Position numbers and translations under genes: made by a program | Shown: positions 12,629-21,556 of the stretch, piece after piece | Layout: each line of letters opens with the position of its first letter | Numbering within the stretch: position 1 is the stretch's first letter | Source of the DNA: Klebsiella pneumoniae | GTDB lineage: Bacteria > Pseudomonadota > Gammaproteobacteria > Ga0077536 | DNA length: 44,938 nt | Direction of reading: 5' to 3' | Assembly: GCA_945873015.1 (NCBI GenBank) | Contig: CAMCBY010000001.1 | Coordinates: forward strand, 1-44,938 | The notes under the pieces: generated by a model | The model's database searches: none | Told to the model about the DNA's origin: nothing | The model's input: only the letters and a program-made list of their open reading frames with translations

Positions 12629-12824
12629 GCGCGGCGCAGCGCCGTTGCGCGAGTGCGATACAGGTCACGTTCGCGTGCCGTGCAGTCACGCGAAATTCGA
12701 ACACCTTCACATTATCGGAGCGCCGCACTTCCAAAATGCAACGCGCGCTTCGATAGTGCGCGCTCGCGGTCGGACACGCTTCGACCCGGCGACAGAATTC
12801 AAGAAAAACCAGTGGGAGCTCCCC

Positions 12825-13712
12825 GTGATCAAACAATCCAAAACCGGTCTGGCCTTCGCTATCGCCCTTGCCCTCGCTACCAGCGCCGGCACGGTCATGG
12901 CCGACAGCAAAGGTAAAGACAAAGACCGCAGTGACGACAGCAAAGGCGGTGGCGCCTCGGCTTGCAAGGTGCTCGCGAGCGCCCTCGACACCACCTCTGG
13001 CGGCATTCACGCCGTCCTGCAAACCGCGCTCAACAGCGCCGTCACCGCCGACGTATCCGGTCTGAACCTGAATATGTGGGCGACCCTGGTTAACCGCGAC
13101 GGCGTGGTCTGCGCAGTCGCGTTCTCCGGTCCCAATCGCAATTCGCAGTGGCCCGGCAGCCGCGTGATCTCGGCGCAGAAGGCCAACACTGCAAACGCCT
13201 TCAGTCTCGATACTCTGTCTCTGTCGACCGCCAATCTGTATTCCGCAGTGCAGCCGGGTGGCAGCCTGTACGGCCTGCAGGAGAGCAATCCGGTTGACAC
13301 CGATGTCGCTTACAAAGGGTCGCCCTCGAAATTCGGCAAACGCAACGATCCGATGGTCGGCGAGCGTCCCGGTGGCGTGAATGTGTTCGGCGGTGGCCTC
13401 GCGTTGTACAACACCAGTCACAAGGTGGTGGGTGCAATTGGTTTGAGTGGTGACACCTCTTGCGCCGATCACGCGATTGCCTGGCGCGTGCGTAACAACC
13501 TCGAGCTCGACAACCTCGCCGGTGTCGGCGGTGTCGGTCCGGATGCGCAGCACATCGACAGCATCGTGTTTGATATCGACGCAGGCGCGAGCGCCGGCGG
13601 TTTTGGTCATCCGGTGTGCATCAACAGCGACAACCTCAATACGCCAGCCTCGCCCGTCACCAACGCGGCCAGCAGCACCTACGCAGCCACGCTGCCGGCA
13701 TCGGACAACTAG
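12825..13712 (+). CDS. Secreted GlcG/HbpS-like (DUF336) putative heme-binding protein
   Basis: GTG 12825 lies 6 nt after GGGAG and gives a signal peptide (VIKQSKTGLAFAIALALATSAGTVMA). The C-terminal part has DUF336-like motifs (SRVISAQKANTANAFS, VVGAIGLSGDTSCADHAIA). The track start at 12645 adds an implausible leader. The stop TAG at 13710-13712 is at the MITE junction. Confidence 0.5.
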   Translation: MIKQSKTGLAFAIALALATSAGTVMADSKGKDKDRSDDSKGGGASACKVLASALDTTSGGIHAVLQTALNSAVTADVSGLNLNMWATLVNRDGVVCAVAFSGPNRNSQWPGSRVISAQKANTANAFSLDTLSLSTANLYSAVQPGGSLYGLQESNPVDTDVAYKGSPSKFGKRNDPMVGERPGGVNVFGGGLALYNTSHKVVGAIGLSGDTSCADHAIAWRVRNNLELDNLAGVGGVGPDAQHIDSIVFDIDAGASAGGFGHPVCINSDNLNTPASPVTNAASSTYAATLPASDN

Positions 13713-13854
13713 AAGCGGTCTCAAAAAACTCAGCGAGCGCAGTCAGTTTGCGCGTCGCCGGCGCGGAGAAACCGCAGCGTATACAGAACTACGTGAGGCT
13801 TTCGAGCACCGCCGACGCGCAAAATGACAAGCGCAGCTATTTAGAGACCGCTTC
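13712..13854. mobile_element. MITE-like element, about 143 bp, 11-bp perfect terminal inverted repeats GAAGCGGTCTC, flanked by TA on both sides
   Basis: Left end is TA(13710-13711)-GAAGCGGTCTC. Right end is GAGACCGCTTC-TA(13855-13856). No coding capacity. A truncated, about 90 percent similar copy lies at 26346-26451 in opposite orientation, also ending ...GAGACCGCTTC-TA. Confidence 0.7.
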
Positions 13855-13927
13855 TAGTCTGCGCTGCCGCGTTCGCTCCCGGCACGCACTGCGCGCCGGG
13901 ACTGCGGCGCGGCCCATTGCCTGCTAA

Positions 13928-13956
13928 CGACGCGCATCTGCGCGTCGATTTATTTT
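13928..13956 (+). terminator. Rho-independent terminator downstream of the GlcG-like gene (now displaced by the MITE)
   Basis: CGACGCGCA-TC-TGCGCGTCG palindrome followed by ATTTATTTT. Confidence 0.55.
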
Positions 13957-14062
13957 CCGCCCCGCGCGCTCTATCCTTGGCTTCGTCGACGCGCATTTCA
14001 CGCGCGACGCCTGGAGACCGAAGCGTGCTGCATTTTCGAGTGGCTGATACTCACGGGTCACG

Positions 14063-14608
14063 ATGGTGACCACGCCACGCTATCTGGCGCTCAAATTTCT
14101 CGCCGCTGGAGTGGTATCCGGTCTGCTGTGCTGGTTAGGTGGTCTGCTTACGCCACAGAATTCCTTGCTCATCAAAATCTTTCCCGGCGTGATTTTCGGT
14201 ACCGTGCTGTACGCGCTCGGTCGCTACGCGAGTTTCGCACCGCCGCGTCACCACGGGCTGACTTATCTCATCATTGTGGTCACCAGCGTGCTGGCGTGGC
14301 GCGCGTCGGTCGATATCGGTTACATGCATGGCCGGCCGTTGCCCATGCTGGCGGCCGGGGCGCTCGGCGCCGGGGTATTGTCCTTGGGTTTGGTCTGGGC
14401 GTGGGCGTGGCGCCACGGCATTGCCTTAGCGTTATGCGCCATCGTGTTGACCGGCGCGCTCGTTGCGCAAGCGGTGCAATGGCTGTGGGACACATTTCCG
14501 GCGATGGATGAAGTTATCGAAATCAGCGTGTTGTTTGTCGGCTGGCAGGCGCTGGTGATGCTCGCCATCGCGCTGTGTGCGCCGCTGGTCTTGCGCGGCA
14601 GTCATTGA
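14063..14608 (+). CDS. Hypothetical polytopic membrane protein
   Basis: 181 aa with about five hydrophobic helices. No recognisable family motif. Confidence 0.45.
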   Translation: MVTTPRYLALKFLAAGVVSGLLCWLGGLLTPQNSLLIKIFPGVIFGTVLYALGRYASFAPPRHHGLTYLIIVVTSVLAWRASVDIGYMHGRPLPMLAAGALGAGVLSLGLVWAWAWRHGIALALCAIVLTGALVAQAVQWLWDTFPAMDEVIEISVLFVGWQALVMLAIALCAPLVLRGSH

Positions 14609-14712
14609 AGGCCGAGGATTGCGCCGGCCGCGGCATTGCGCCGGGCGCGGCCCGCTACCCGTTTGTTTTGCAGCCGCCGGCCCGCTGCCTGTCCAGCTCG
14701 CTGATTGCCATT

Positions 14713-15312
14713 GTGACCGCCCACGTTCCACGCTTCATACCGCTCCGCGCACGGCGTTTGCTGGCGTTGCTGGCAGTACTGCTCAATCTGGTCGGCTGCG
14801 GTCTTTTCGGCCCGCGCGAAACACCTGCGCCGCCGCCCGCACCGGCGCCGATGATCAGACCCGCGCCGCCAGCGGCGCCGGCGGCGAGCGATGATGCTGC
14901 GTTGCTGCGCGGCCACCTCCAGCGGCATTACAGGTTATGGAAGGGCACGCCCTATCGTATGGGCGGACTCACCACGCGTGGCATCGACTGCTCGGGATTT
15001 GTACTGGTGACGTTCAAAGCCTTGCTCAATACCCGCCTGCCACGCACGGTAGAGGAACAGGCCACGCTTGGGCGCGGCATTGTGGCGGACCAACTGCGCA
15101 CCGGCGATCTGGTGTTCTTCAAAACCGGCAGCGCGATGCGCCATGTCGGCATCTATCTCGATCACGGGCAATTCATGCACGCCTCAACGCGCCGTGGGGT
15201 GATGATCTCGGCACTGTCCGACGGCTACTGGCGGCAACGTTTCTGGCAGGCGCGCCGCGTCCGCGAGCCGCGCCAGCAGCGAATCGGCGACAACCCGCCC
15301 AAGCAACCGTGA
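14713..15312 (+). CDS. NlpC/P60 (C40) family peptidoglycan hydrolase lipoprotein
   Basis: Lipobox LVGCG and a Pro/Ala linker. The catalytic region is GTPYRMGGLTTRGIDCSGFV (Cys), then HVGIYL (His), then FMHAS. GTG 14713 is chosen to avoid overlap with the upstream gene; the exact start is uncertain. Confidence 0.75.
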   Translation: MTAHVPRFIPLRARRLLALLAVLLNLVGCGLFGPRETPAPPPAPAPMIRPAPPAAPAASDDAALLRGHLQRHYRLWKGTPYRMGGLTTRGIDCSGFVLVTFKALLNTRLPRTVEEQATLGRGIVADQLRTGDLVFFKTGSAMRHVGIYLDHGQFMHASTRRGVMISALSDGYWRQRFWQARRVREPRQQRIGDNPPKQP

Positions 15313-15414
15313 GTCAGGCGCTGCGCGCGCGCCGTTCCCTGCCGTAGATCAAGACCCGTACGTGACGCGTGCCGGATGATGAATTCATCCACACAGCAGC
15401 GCGAAAGGTAGAAC

Positions 15415-15906
15415 ATGATTTACGAAGTCTCCGGAGACATCCTGCTCAGCAAGGCGCAGGTGATTGCGCACGGCGTCGCCCCGAACGATCCGATGAAGCA
15501 AGGCCTGGCGCTTGCGCTACACGACAAATTTCCCGCCATGCACAAGGATTTTCATCACTGGTGTAATCAGCAGCACCCGGCGGTGGGCGGGGCCTGGATC
15601 TGGAGCGGCGCCGGCGGCGTGCGCATCGTCAACCTGCTGACCCAGGAAGGTGGTTACGAGCATGGCGCGCGCCCCGGCAAGGCGAGCTTGAAACACGTTC
15701 GCGATGCTTTGCGCGAACTGGCGCAATTGGCCGTCAGCGAGGGGTTTACCTCGCTCGCCCTGCCGCGCCTCGCGACCGGCGTCGGCGGCCTTGAGTGGAG
15801 CGAGGTCAAACCCGTGATCGAGAGCCGCCTCGGCGAGCTTGCGATACCGGTTTACGTTTACAGCGAGTTTCATGCCGGTCAGGTTGCACACGAACCCGGT
15901 CTATAA
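15415..15906 (+). CDS. Macro-domain (ADP-ribose binding/hydrolase) protein
   Basis: 163 aa with the pattern GDILLSKAQVIAHGV, NLLTQ and LALPRLATGVGGL typical of stand-alone macro domains. Confidence 0.75.
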   Translation: MIYEVSGDILLSKAQVIAHGVAPNDPMKQGLALALHDKFPAMHKDFHHWCNQQHPAVGGAWIWSGAGGVRIVNLLTQEGGYEHGARPGKASLKHVRDALRELAQLAVSEGFTSLALPRLATGVGGLEWSEVKPVIESRLGELAIPVYVYSEFHAGQVAHEPGL

Positions 15907-16223
15907 GGCGTCCCACAGAGGGAACCCCTCCGCACCGCGGGTGAGCTCGCCCGCGGCGCACAGGCGCTGCCCAATGTGGCGCGAAACGTGGCGCATATCA
16001 CGTTCACGACGAACATCACCCGTTTGAGTGTCACGATCCACAATTAACAATCCTCTACAATCAGTTGTAATAGAACGCAGATTTAATGCGAGCAACGTGA
16101 GGCGTTCTATAGAAATCGAAGTCTCGGACTTGTATCGCGGCGGCTGAACCGGTCGGCGCGCCACGCTGCTGAAGCGTCGCAAGTCGCCTTAAAACGCGGT
16201 TTTCGGTGACAGGGGCGGGCAAC

Positions 16224-16988
16224 ATGGACGGCATCAAACGTAGATTCGCACTAGCCATGCTGTCGGGCGCGCTCAGCCTGTCGGCCCACGCCAAAACCAG
16301 CGATACGCCAGCCTTCGGTGTGTGGCTCGCGCAACGGGGCGGGCAGTCTGGTGCATTCGCGCAGGAACGTCTGCCCTGCCCGCGCGGTGATAAGGGCGCC
16401 TGCGACAGTCCGCTTTTATCCGCTCTCAGCGCCCGTGGACGGGGTGCCGTAGATCCATTCAAGCGCAGCGCGCAGTCGTCCGAGTCCAAACGTCGCCACG
16501 TGGTGTTCAAGAACACCAAACGCGTCAAGACCACTGCCCAGTCGGATCTCGGCACCCGCCACGACATGCGCGCCTTCGCCCATAGCGGCAGCGTGCTGGT
16601 CCTCAACGACACCGCCAATCAGTTGTTCGATTTTGATTTCGATGCGCCCGGCGAGTCAGCGCCAGCGCAACTGGAAGTCCTGGCCGCGCTGGTCAGCGAA
16701 GTCAGTCCAGTGCCGATGCCCGACGCCCCGCTGTTGGATACGGCGGCCGGTGGGCTGGGTGATAGCGCTTATGTGGCGCTCTACGATTTCGACGACGAAC
16801 TGGGCGGCGCAGGCGAAAGCGCAGTTCAGGAAATCTCAAGTCTGGTCAGCGCCAGGTCGCTGCTGGCCGCAAACGTTGCAGTGCCGGAGCCCGGCACGCT
16901 GGCGCTCGTGGGTGCCGGCCTGCTGGCGCTGTGCCTGCGCTGGCGTCGCGGCCAAAGCGACGCGGTTAGCGAGCCCAACTGCGTCTGA
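16224..16988 (+). CDS. PEP-CTERM sorting-domain protein (exosortase substrate)
   Basis: Signal peptide MDGIKRRFALAMLSGALSLSAHA. The C-terminus VPEPGTLALVGAGLLALCLRWRRG is the PEP motif plus TM helix plus basic cluster. Confidence 0.8.
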   Translation: MDGIKRRFALAMLSGALSLSAHAKTSDTPAFGVWLAQRGGQSGAFAQERLPCPRGDKGACDSPLLSALSARGRGAVDPFKRSAQSSESKRRHVVFKNTKRVKTTAQSDLGTRHDMRAFAHSGSVLVLNDTANQLFDFDFDAPGESAPAQLEVLAALVSEVSPVPMPDAPLLDTAAGGLGDSAYVALYDFDDELGGAGESAVQEISSLVSARSLLAANVAVPEPGTLALVGAGLLALCLRWRRGQSDAVSEPNCV

Positions 16989-17064
16989 AGGCCACGGTGG
17001 CGTTCGTTTCCGCCGACCTCCACCTGCATCGCGGCGGATGCCGCGGCGTAACGCCCAACTCGCC

Positions 17065-19884
17065 ATGACAGACCGCGTCTCTCGCTGTCATCGACCCTCG
17101 CCGCAGAACACACGCTGGCGTCTGGTCGTGCCCCTGTTGCTGTGCGCGTTGAGCGCAGCCGCCGAAGACGGTGCAACCGCGACCTACGAACTTGGCCTGG
17201 CGCAGATGCAGCAGGGCGACACCTTCGCCGCCATCGGCCAGTTCCAGCAGGTGGTGCAACAAGACCCCAACCATCTGCCGGCGCGCATTGCGCTCGGCAC
17301 CGCGCGCCTGAACCAAGGCGACGCGGCCGGCGCCGAAAAAGAACTGCGCCTCGCCTTGTCGTTAGGGGCCGCGCGCCATGCCGTATTTCCGCTGCTCGGC
17401 AACGCGCTGCTTGCGCAGCGCCAATACACCGTGCTGCTCGACACCATCGACACTGCGAGCGGCGAGCGGCGCGGCAACTTTGAAGTCGAGCTGTTGCGCG
17501 GTCGCGCGCAATTCGAACTTGGCCAGCATGAGCTCGCGGCGCAGAATTTCGAACGCGCCGCCGCACTCGCGCCCGAGCGCGCGGAACCACTGCTCGGCCA
17601 GGCTCTGGTGGCCGCCGCGCAAAGCCGCAACGACAGCGCCTTGGCGCTAATCGAAGATGCGTTGCGCCTCGCCCCCAGCGATGTCGAAGCGTGGTTTCGC
17701 AAAGGCGAGGTGCTGCGCGAGCAGGGCGACGACAGCGCGGCACTCGCGGCCTATGAGCACGCTGTGCAACTCGACGCCAACGCACTGCGTGTGCGGCTCG
17801 CGCGCGCCAGCGTGCTGTTCAAACGCGGTGCGCGGCAGGCCGCCCTGGCCGATGTCGAATGGGTGCAGCACAAACGTCCGAACGACCTCAGCGCGGCATT
17901 CCTGCGCTGGCAGATCCTGCACAAAGACCATGACGCCGGCAGTAATGCCGCACTCGCCGAGGTCAGCGGCACGCTCAGTCAATACGCCGACCAGACCATC
18001 GAAGCCGAACCGCAACTGCTGCGCATCGCTGCGCTGGTGCACTATGCGAACGGCGACCGGGTGCGGGCCGATAAATATCTGGCCCGTTACGTCGAGCAGC
18101 GCCCCAACGACATCGCCATGCGCCGCCTGCACGCCGAAGTGCTGCTTGCGCTCGGCGAGGCCAAACAGGCCGCTGCGGTCCTGGCGCCGTTGGCGCGACA
18201 GGATCCACGCAACCTCGACCTGCTGCGCAGCGTCGGTCAGGCCTATTTACAGAGCGGCCAGTACAGCGAGGCGGAAGCCGCCTTTGCGCGTCTGCTGACC
18301 TTGGCTCCGGCAGACCACGCCGCTCTCACGACACTGGCGCTGGCGCGGCTTGGTGTGGGCAACGTCGATGGTGCGCAGATCGGACTGGCCGAGGCCGTGG
18401 CGGATGCCGAGGTCGGACGCGGCGCGCCGATGCTGCTGACGGTCCTGCAATTGAAGGCTGGCGACGGTGAGCGGGCACTCGCTACCATCGAAGCGCTGCT
18501 CGAGAAATATGGCCAGGACGCGCGCGTTCTCAATCTGCTTGGCGTGGTCAGAGCCAGCCTGGGTGACCAGACCGGTGCGCGCGCAGCGTTTGCCGCGGCT
18601 CTGCTGCATGCGCCCGATTTCACGCCGCCGAGCTACAACCTCGCGCGCCTGTCGCTCGCGGCCGGCGATATCGATTCCGCGCGCGCGCGACTGCAAAGCC
18701 TGGCCAGCCGCCAACCGCCCGCCGCCGCGGCCTTGACCGCGCTGGCCGACATCGCGCTTGCCGAAGACGACCGCGCGGGTGCGGCGCAGTGGCTCGAGCA
18801 GGCCGTTGCCGCGCAACCCGATGCGCTCGCGCCGGTGGCGCAGTTGGTCGACTTGAAGCTCGCCCTCGGACAACTCGATGAGGCGCTGGCCATCGCGTCG
18901 CGACTGGCCGAACGTCATCCCGAGCGCGCGCTTGCAGTCGAAGCGCTGGCCGCCGCCCAAGCTGCCCGCGGACGCACTGATCAAGCTTTGCGCCACTACC
19001 GCGACGCGGCGCGCTACGCCGGTTTCGACGGCGAACAGTTGATGCGTATCGCCACCCGGCAGGCACAACTCGAAGACTTTGAACAGGCGCAACAGACGCT
19101 GCGCAAAGCACTCAATTCGTCGGCTTCGGCGCAGGCGCGGGACGCCCTCATACGACTCGCTATCCAGCGCGGCGATTACCGCGGTGCCGACGAAGCTATC
19201 GCCACCCTGCGCGAGGATGCCAGCGGCAGGGCCTTGGCCGACATCATGAGCGGCGAACTGGAATTGCACCGCGGCGACGCGACAGCGGCAGCGAAGGCCT
19301 ACCGCGCGGCGCAAGCGGCGATGCCGAGCAGCCTCGGCGCGCTCGGCCTGGCCGATGCGCTGGTGGCCGGCGGCCGTCCCGCCGAGGCGGCCGACACGCT
19401 CGAACTGTGGAGCGCAAGGCACGCTGAGGATATCGACGCGCGTCAGGCGCTGGCGCTGCTTTATCTGCGCCTGAACAAGTTGCGCGAGGCGCGCAGCCTG
19501 CATGAGCAACTGATCGAGGCGCTGCCGGGCGATGCGCAACTACAGGCCAATCTCGCGCGGCTGTATCAACTCGATGGCGACCCGCGAGCCCGTAAAACCG
19601 CCGAACGCGCGCTGCGACTGGCGCCCGACTCAGCACTCGCGCAGGACACCCTCGGCTGGATCATCGTCACCTCGGGCGACGCTGAGGGCGGCCTCGAGCT
19701 GCTGCGCAATGCGCTGTCACGCGATGGCAATCCCCTCACCCGGTATCACCTCGCGCAGGCCTTGCATGAACTCGGCCGCGGCGCCGAAGCGCGCCGTGAG
19801 CTACGCCGACTCCTGAAAGGCACTCAGTCCACCGAATTGCTGGCCGATGTGCAGCGCTATTACGATGCGTTGCCGGCACAATAG
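17065..19884 (+). CDS. prsT: PrsT-like PEP-CTERM-system TPR-repeat protein
   Basis: About 939 aa from ATG 17065. A signal peptide is followed by TPR repeats wall to wall. Size, architecture and adjacency to a PEP-CTERM gene fit the PrsT family (TIGR02917). The track ORF start at 16633 overlaps the upstream gene and is rejected. Confidence 0.65.
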   Translation: MTDRVSRCHRPSPQNTRWRLVVPLLLCALSAAAEDGATATYELGLAQMQQGDTFAAIGQFQQVVQQDPNHLPARIALGTARLNQGDAAGAEKELRLALSLGAARHAVFPLLGNALLAQRQYTVLLDTIDTASGERRGNFEVELLRGRAQFELGQHELAAQNFERAAALAPERAEPLLGQALVAAAQSRNDSALALIEDALRLAPSDVEAWFRKGEVLREQGDDSAALAAYEHAVQLDANALRVRLARASVLFKRGARQAALADVEWVQHKRPNDLSAAFLRWQILHKDHDAGSNAALAEVSGTLSQYADQTIEAEPQLLRIAALVHYANGDRVRADKYLARYVEQRPNDIAMRRLHAEVLLALGEAKQAAAVLAPLARQDPRNLDLLRSVGQAYLQSGQYSEAEAAFARLLTLAPADHAALTTLALARLGVGNVDGAQIGLAEAVADAEVGRGAPMLLTVLQLKAGDGERALATIEALLEKYGQDARVLNLLGVVRASLGDQTGARAAFAAALLHAPDFTPPSYNLARLSLAAGDIDSARARLQSLASRQPPAAAALTALADIALAEDDRAGAAQWLEQAVAAQPDALAPVAQLVDLKLALGQLDEALAIASRLAERHPERALAVEALAAAQAARGRTDQALRHYRDAARYAGFDGEQLMRIATRQAQLEDFEQAQQTLRKALNSSASAQARDALIRLAIQRGDYRGADEAIATLREDASGRALADIMSGELELHRGDATAAAKAYRAAQAAMPSSLGALGLADALVAGGRPAEAADTLELWSARHAEDIDARQALALLYLRLNKLREARSLHEQLIEALPGDAQLQANLARLYQLDGDPRARKTAERALRLAPDSALAQDTLGWIIVTSGDAEGGLELLRNALSRDGNPLTRYHLAQALHELGRGAEARRELRRLLKGTQSTELLADVQRYYDALPAQ

Positions 19885-19911
19885 GCACTTCTCTCGTTAC
19901 GGCGCCACGCC

Positions 19912-20448
19912 ATGTCCCTGGAGAATCTCTACTTCTTGAGTCAGATTGCAGCCGCTGGCGCGATTGTCGCCTCGCTGTTGTTCGTCGGCCTGCAACTGCG
20001 CCAAAGCGATAAAACTCAGCGCGCGCTGGTCCACCAGTCCACCATCGCGCGCACCATCGAACTCAATCAGCGCCTGACCGACCCGCACATCATTGCCTTG
20101 GTCATGAAGGCGCGCGATCCGCGCGTGCTGTGGAATGCGGATGAAATTTGGCAGATGCGCGCCGTGATCCGGATCATCGTGCTGCATGTCATCGACCTGC
20201 AGTGGCAGCGCAACGCAGGTCTGCTCGACGCCAGCACTTTTGACAGCGTGCTGACCGTGACGCGCGGCATCTTTGCACTGCCGGGTGTGCGTATCTGCTG
20301 GCAGATGATTCTGCCGCGTGTATCGGTCGCCGATAGCGCGCTGGTCGAAACGCTGCTGTTGAAAGATCAGCCCAGTATCACGGCGAGCGATCTCACTGCC
20401 AACTGGACGGCGCTTGCGGCGCAGATGTATCCACCAGGCGCTGACTGA
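19912..20448 (+). CDS. Hypothetical protein with N-terminal TM anchor
   Basis: 178 aa with one N-terminal hydrophobic helix. No family recognised. Confidence 0.4.
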   Translation: MSLENLYFLSQIAAAGAIVASLLFVGLQLRQSDKTQRALVHQSTIARTIELNQRLTDPHIIALVMKARDPRVLWNADEIWQMRAVIRIIVLHVIDLQWQRNAGLLDASTFDSVLTVTRGIFALPGVRICWQMILPRVSVADSALVETLLLKDQPSITASDLTANWTALAAQMYPPGAD

Positions 20449-20458
20449 TACGTCGTAG

Positions 20459-21394
20459 TCACAGCGCAGGCGCGCAAGGCGCGCCGTCGAATGCCTGGGC
20501 CAAGGCCTGTTCGAACAAACTCACTACCTGGGTCGTCGGTCGCCGGCTGGCGCGCGCGATGCTCACAAAATGCGGCGGCACGCGCAGCACATCGCGCAGC
20601 AGCGCAAAGTGACGCCCAAGCCCGGCGAAGTCGGGCGCCGGATGCAGCATCAACAAAAAGGCATCGGTGACACGAATCAGGGCCAGCATCAGTTCAAAGC
20701 TGTTGGTCACGTACTGCGGCTTCAAGGGTGGCAGGCCAAGCTCGGTAAAACGCCGCGCGAGATCGGAATGACTGGGCTCGATGCTCTGCGGCAGGATGAC
20801 AGGATAGGACAGGATCTCTGCCTCGTCGGGCGCGGCGAGAGTGGTGAGCGGGTGATCTTTGCGCACCACGCAGGCCTGGTAGAGTTGCACGAGTGTGCGC
20901 ACCTCAAGCTCACGCCAGCGCTCGAGATACCGCGACGAACCGATCACAAGATCGAGCTCGCCTCGGACCAGACGCGGACACAGGGTTTGCTCCGAGGCGT
21001 GGGTGGTTTCCACCGAAATCTCGGGATGGCGACCGGCGAACGCCGCAATCGCAGCGCACGCATGATGACCGGTGATACCGAGGCCCAGGCGCAGGCGCCC
21101 GGTGATATGGTGCGAGTCCGACGACACATCGGCAATCAAGTCATCGACATCGGCCAGCAGACGTTTGGCGCGCGCCACCAGACGCTGACCGGCATCAGTC
21201 AACGCGATACCGCGCGAGGAACGCTCGAACAGTCGTTGGCCGAGCGCGGTTTCGAGTTCGGCCACTGTGCGCGACACCGCCGACTGAGTCAGGCCCAGCG
21301 TGTGGGCGGCGGTGGTGATGGACTCAGTGCGCGCGACCTCGATCACGGTGCGCATACGTTTCAGATCAACCTGCGAGCGGGCACCGCGATTCAT
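20459..21394 (-). CDS. LysR-family transcriptional regulator
   Basis: 311 aa. N-terminal wHTH (MRTVIEVARTESITTAAHTLGLTQSAVSRTVAELE) plus a LysR substrate-binding domain. Divergent from the DUF1329-like gene. Confidence 0.9.
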   Translation of the reverse strand: MNRGARSQVDLKRMRTVIEVARTESITTAAHTLGLTQSAVSRTVAELETALGQRLFERSSRGIALTDAGQRLVARAKRLLADVDDLIADVSSDSHHITGRLRLGLGITGHHACAAIAAFAGRHPEISVETTHASEQTLCPRLVRGELDLVIGSSRYLERWRELEVRTLVQLYQACVVRKDHPLTTLAAPDEAEILSYPVILPQSIEPSHSDLARRFTELGLPPLKPQYVTNSFELMLALIRVTDAFLLMLHPAPDFAGLGRHFALLRDVLRVPPHFVSIARASRRPTTQVVSLFEQALAQAFDGAPCAPAL

Positions 21395-21556
21395 TCGGAA
21401 ACCTCATGGAACTAGTCGATAACATCATTTGACAGAATGTCCCCCCGGTCGCAGTTTGTCATCCACGAGGCGGGATGCAGGCCATGCGCCTGGCTCAGCC
21501 GGGACACAGACCCGCGCCACGCCGGCGCTGTATCGGGCAACAGGGGAGTTTCAAGC

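Noticed and set aside
12609-13724. 371-aa minus-strand ORF
   Set aside because: It is antisense to the GlcG-like gene and its upstream region. It has biased composition and no signal or motifs. The plus frame has a signal peptide and DUF336-like motifs.
15415-15906. Macro domain as a DarG-type antitoxin
   Set aside because: There is no DarT-like or other toxin ORF upstream or overlapping. The protein is a bare macro domain without the DarG C-terminal region.
15977-15992. Possible sigma-54 promoter TGGCGC-N5-GTGGC upstream of the PEP-CTERM gene
   Set aside because: The -12 element reads GTGG instead of TTGC, so the GC dinucleotide is displaced by one position. It is not convincing without data.
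16633-17064. N-terminal 144 codons of the 1083-aa track ORF
   Set aside because: This stretch overlaps the PEP-CTERM gene in another frame and has Arg/Trp/Cys-rich non-protein composition. A signal peptide follows the internal ATG at 17065.
18247-19539. 430-aa minus-strand ORF (plus several others at 16826-19636)
   Set aside because: It is antisense to the TPR protein. Ala/Leu-rich TPR coding sequence in GC-rich DNA leaves all frames open, and only the + frame gives TPR repeats.
21395-21556. LysR T-N11-A operator in the divergent intergenic region
   Set aside because: Several weak TTC-N12-GAA-like candidates exist, but none stands out.
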